UHGV virus genome: UHGV-0142781
Length of the DNA: 14,469 nt
DNA from: a virus
Reading direction: 5' to 3' (one strand)
In this document: piece after piece, positions 13,849-14,469 of the stretch
How positions within the stretch are numbered: position 1 is the first letter of the stretch
Layout of the letters: each line of letters begins with the position of its first letter
The notes under the pieces: model-generated
Told to the model about the DNA's origin: nothing
Seen by the model: only the letters and a program-made list of their open reading frames with translations
The model's database searches: none
Translations under genes and position numbers: made by a program

Positions 13849-14469
13849 TTAATGTGCAGCTTCTGGCTTGTGCTTTTGCGCACTCTGGAAACCATAAGTC
13901 AGCTCATTTTTCTCTTTATCCAGCGCAACGGTCACCTGGCCACCATCCACCAGCGAACCGAACAGCAGTTCGTTAGCCAATGGTTTTTTCAGGTTATCCT
14001 GGACAACACGCGTCATTGGACGTGCGCCCATTGCGCGGTCGTAGCCTTTCTCTGCCAGCCAGTCACGTGCTTCCTGGCTCACTTCCAGAGAGACACCTTT
14101 CTGATCCAGCTGAACCTGAAGCTCGACGATAAACTTATCAACAACCTGATGAATCACCTCGGTAGAGAGATGATCAAACCAGATAATGTTGTCGAGGCGG
14201 TTACGGAATTCCGGCGTAAACACTTTTTTGATTTCGCCCATTGCATCAGTACTATTGTCCTGATGAATCAACCCAATCGATTTACGCTCAGTTTCACGCA
14301 CACCGGCGTTGGTGGTCATGACCAGCACCACATTGCGGAAATCCGCTTTACGCCCGTTATTGTCGGTCAGCGTGCCGTTATCCATCACCTGCAACAGCAG
14401 GTTAAAGACATCCGGGTGTGCTTTTTCGATTTCATCCAGCAGCAGTACCGCATGCGGATGCTTAATAAC
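13849..14469 (-). CDS. clpA: ATP-dependent Clp protease ATP-binding subunit ClpA, C-terminal part (gene runs off window end)
   Basis: Translation ...LLQVMDNGTLTDNNGRKADFRNVVLVMTTNAG...ALDKEKNELTYGFQSAQKHKPEAAH matches the ClpA C-terminus nearly residue for residue; stop at 13849-13851. Confidence 0.95.
   Translation of the reverse strand, partial: VIKHPHAVLLLDEIEKAHPDVFNLLLQVMDNGTLTDNNGRKADFRNVVLVMTTNAGVRETERKSIGLIHQDNSTDAMGEIKKVFTPEFRNRLDNIIWFDHLSTEVIHQVVDKFIVELQVQLDQKGVSLEVSQEARDWLAEKGYDRAMGARPMTRVVQDNLKKPLANELLFGSLVDGGQVTVALDKEKNELTYGFQSAQKHKPEAAH

Noticed and set aside
13646-13850. Possible tRNA at the integration site
   Set aside because: Prophages often integrate at tRNA genes, but I found no cloverleaf-compatible sequence or CCA-end context here; the hairpins present are a terminator and an imperfect palindrome.
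1-14469. CRISPR arrays, insertion-sequence transposases, rRNA genes
   Set aside because: No regularly spaced direct repeats, no transposase-like ORFs, and no rRNA-like sequence were seen anywhere in the window.

Overview
This window is the integrase-proximal ~13.7 kb of a P2-like temperate prophage, sitting next to the 3' end of host clpA (Enterobacterales-like). All protein calls rest on reading the supplied translations and on P2-family sequences recalled from memory; no search was run. Reading down from the right: clpA 3' end and terminator (13805-14469), a P2-core-like att sequence (~13727-13753), integrase (12638-13645), repressor C (12193-12492), a switch region with three phased 8-bp repeats, cox (11801-12076), an AT-rich two-gene insert (10947-11778), small early genes, a Dam methylase with a Cys-rich tail, replication initiator A (6320-8932), and portal Q (1546-2607) followed by an Ogr-type zinc-finger gene. 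The main finding is a strongly AT-rich two-gene cassette (2983-6228) in the slot that holds old/tin in P2, a known anti-phage cargo hotspot. It encodes a 611-aa protein with a PD-(D/E)xK-like nuclease motif and a 451-aa KAP-like P-loop NTPase, a pairing I do not recognise as a named defence system. The terminase gene expected upstream of Q is absent and tail-like genes abut Q instead, so the prophage may be an internally deleted remnant.
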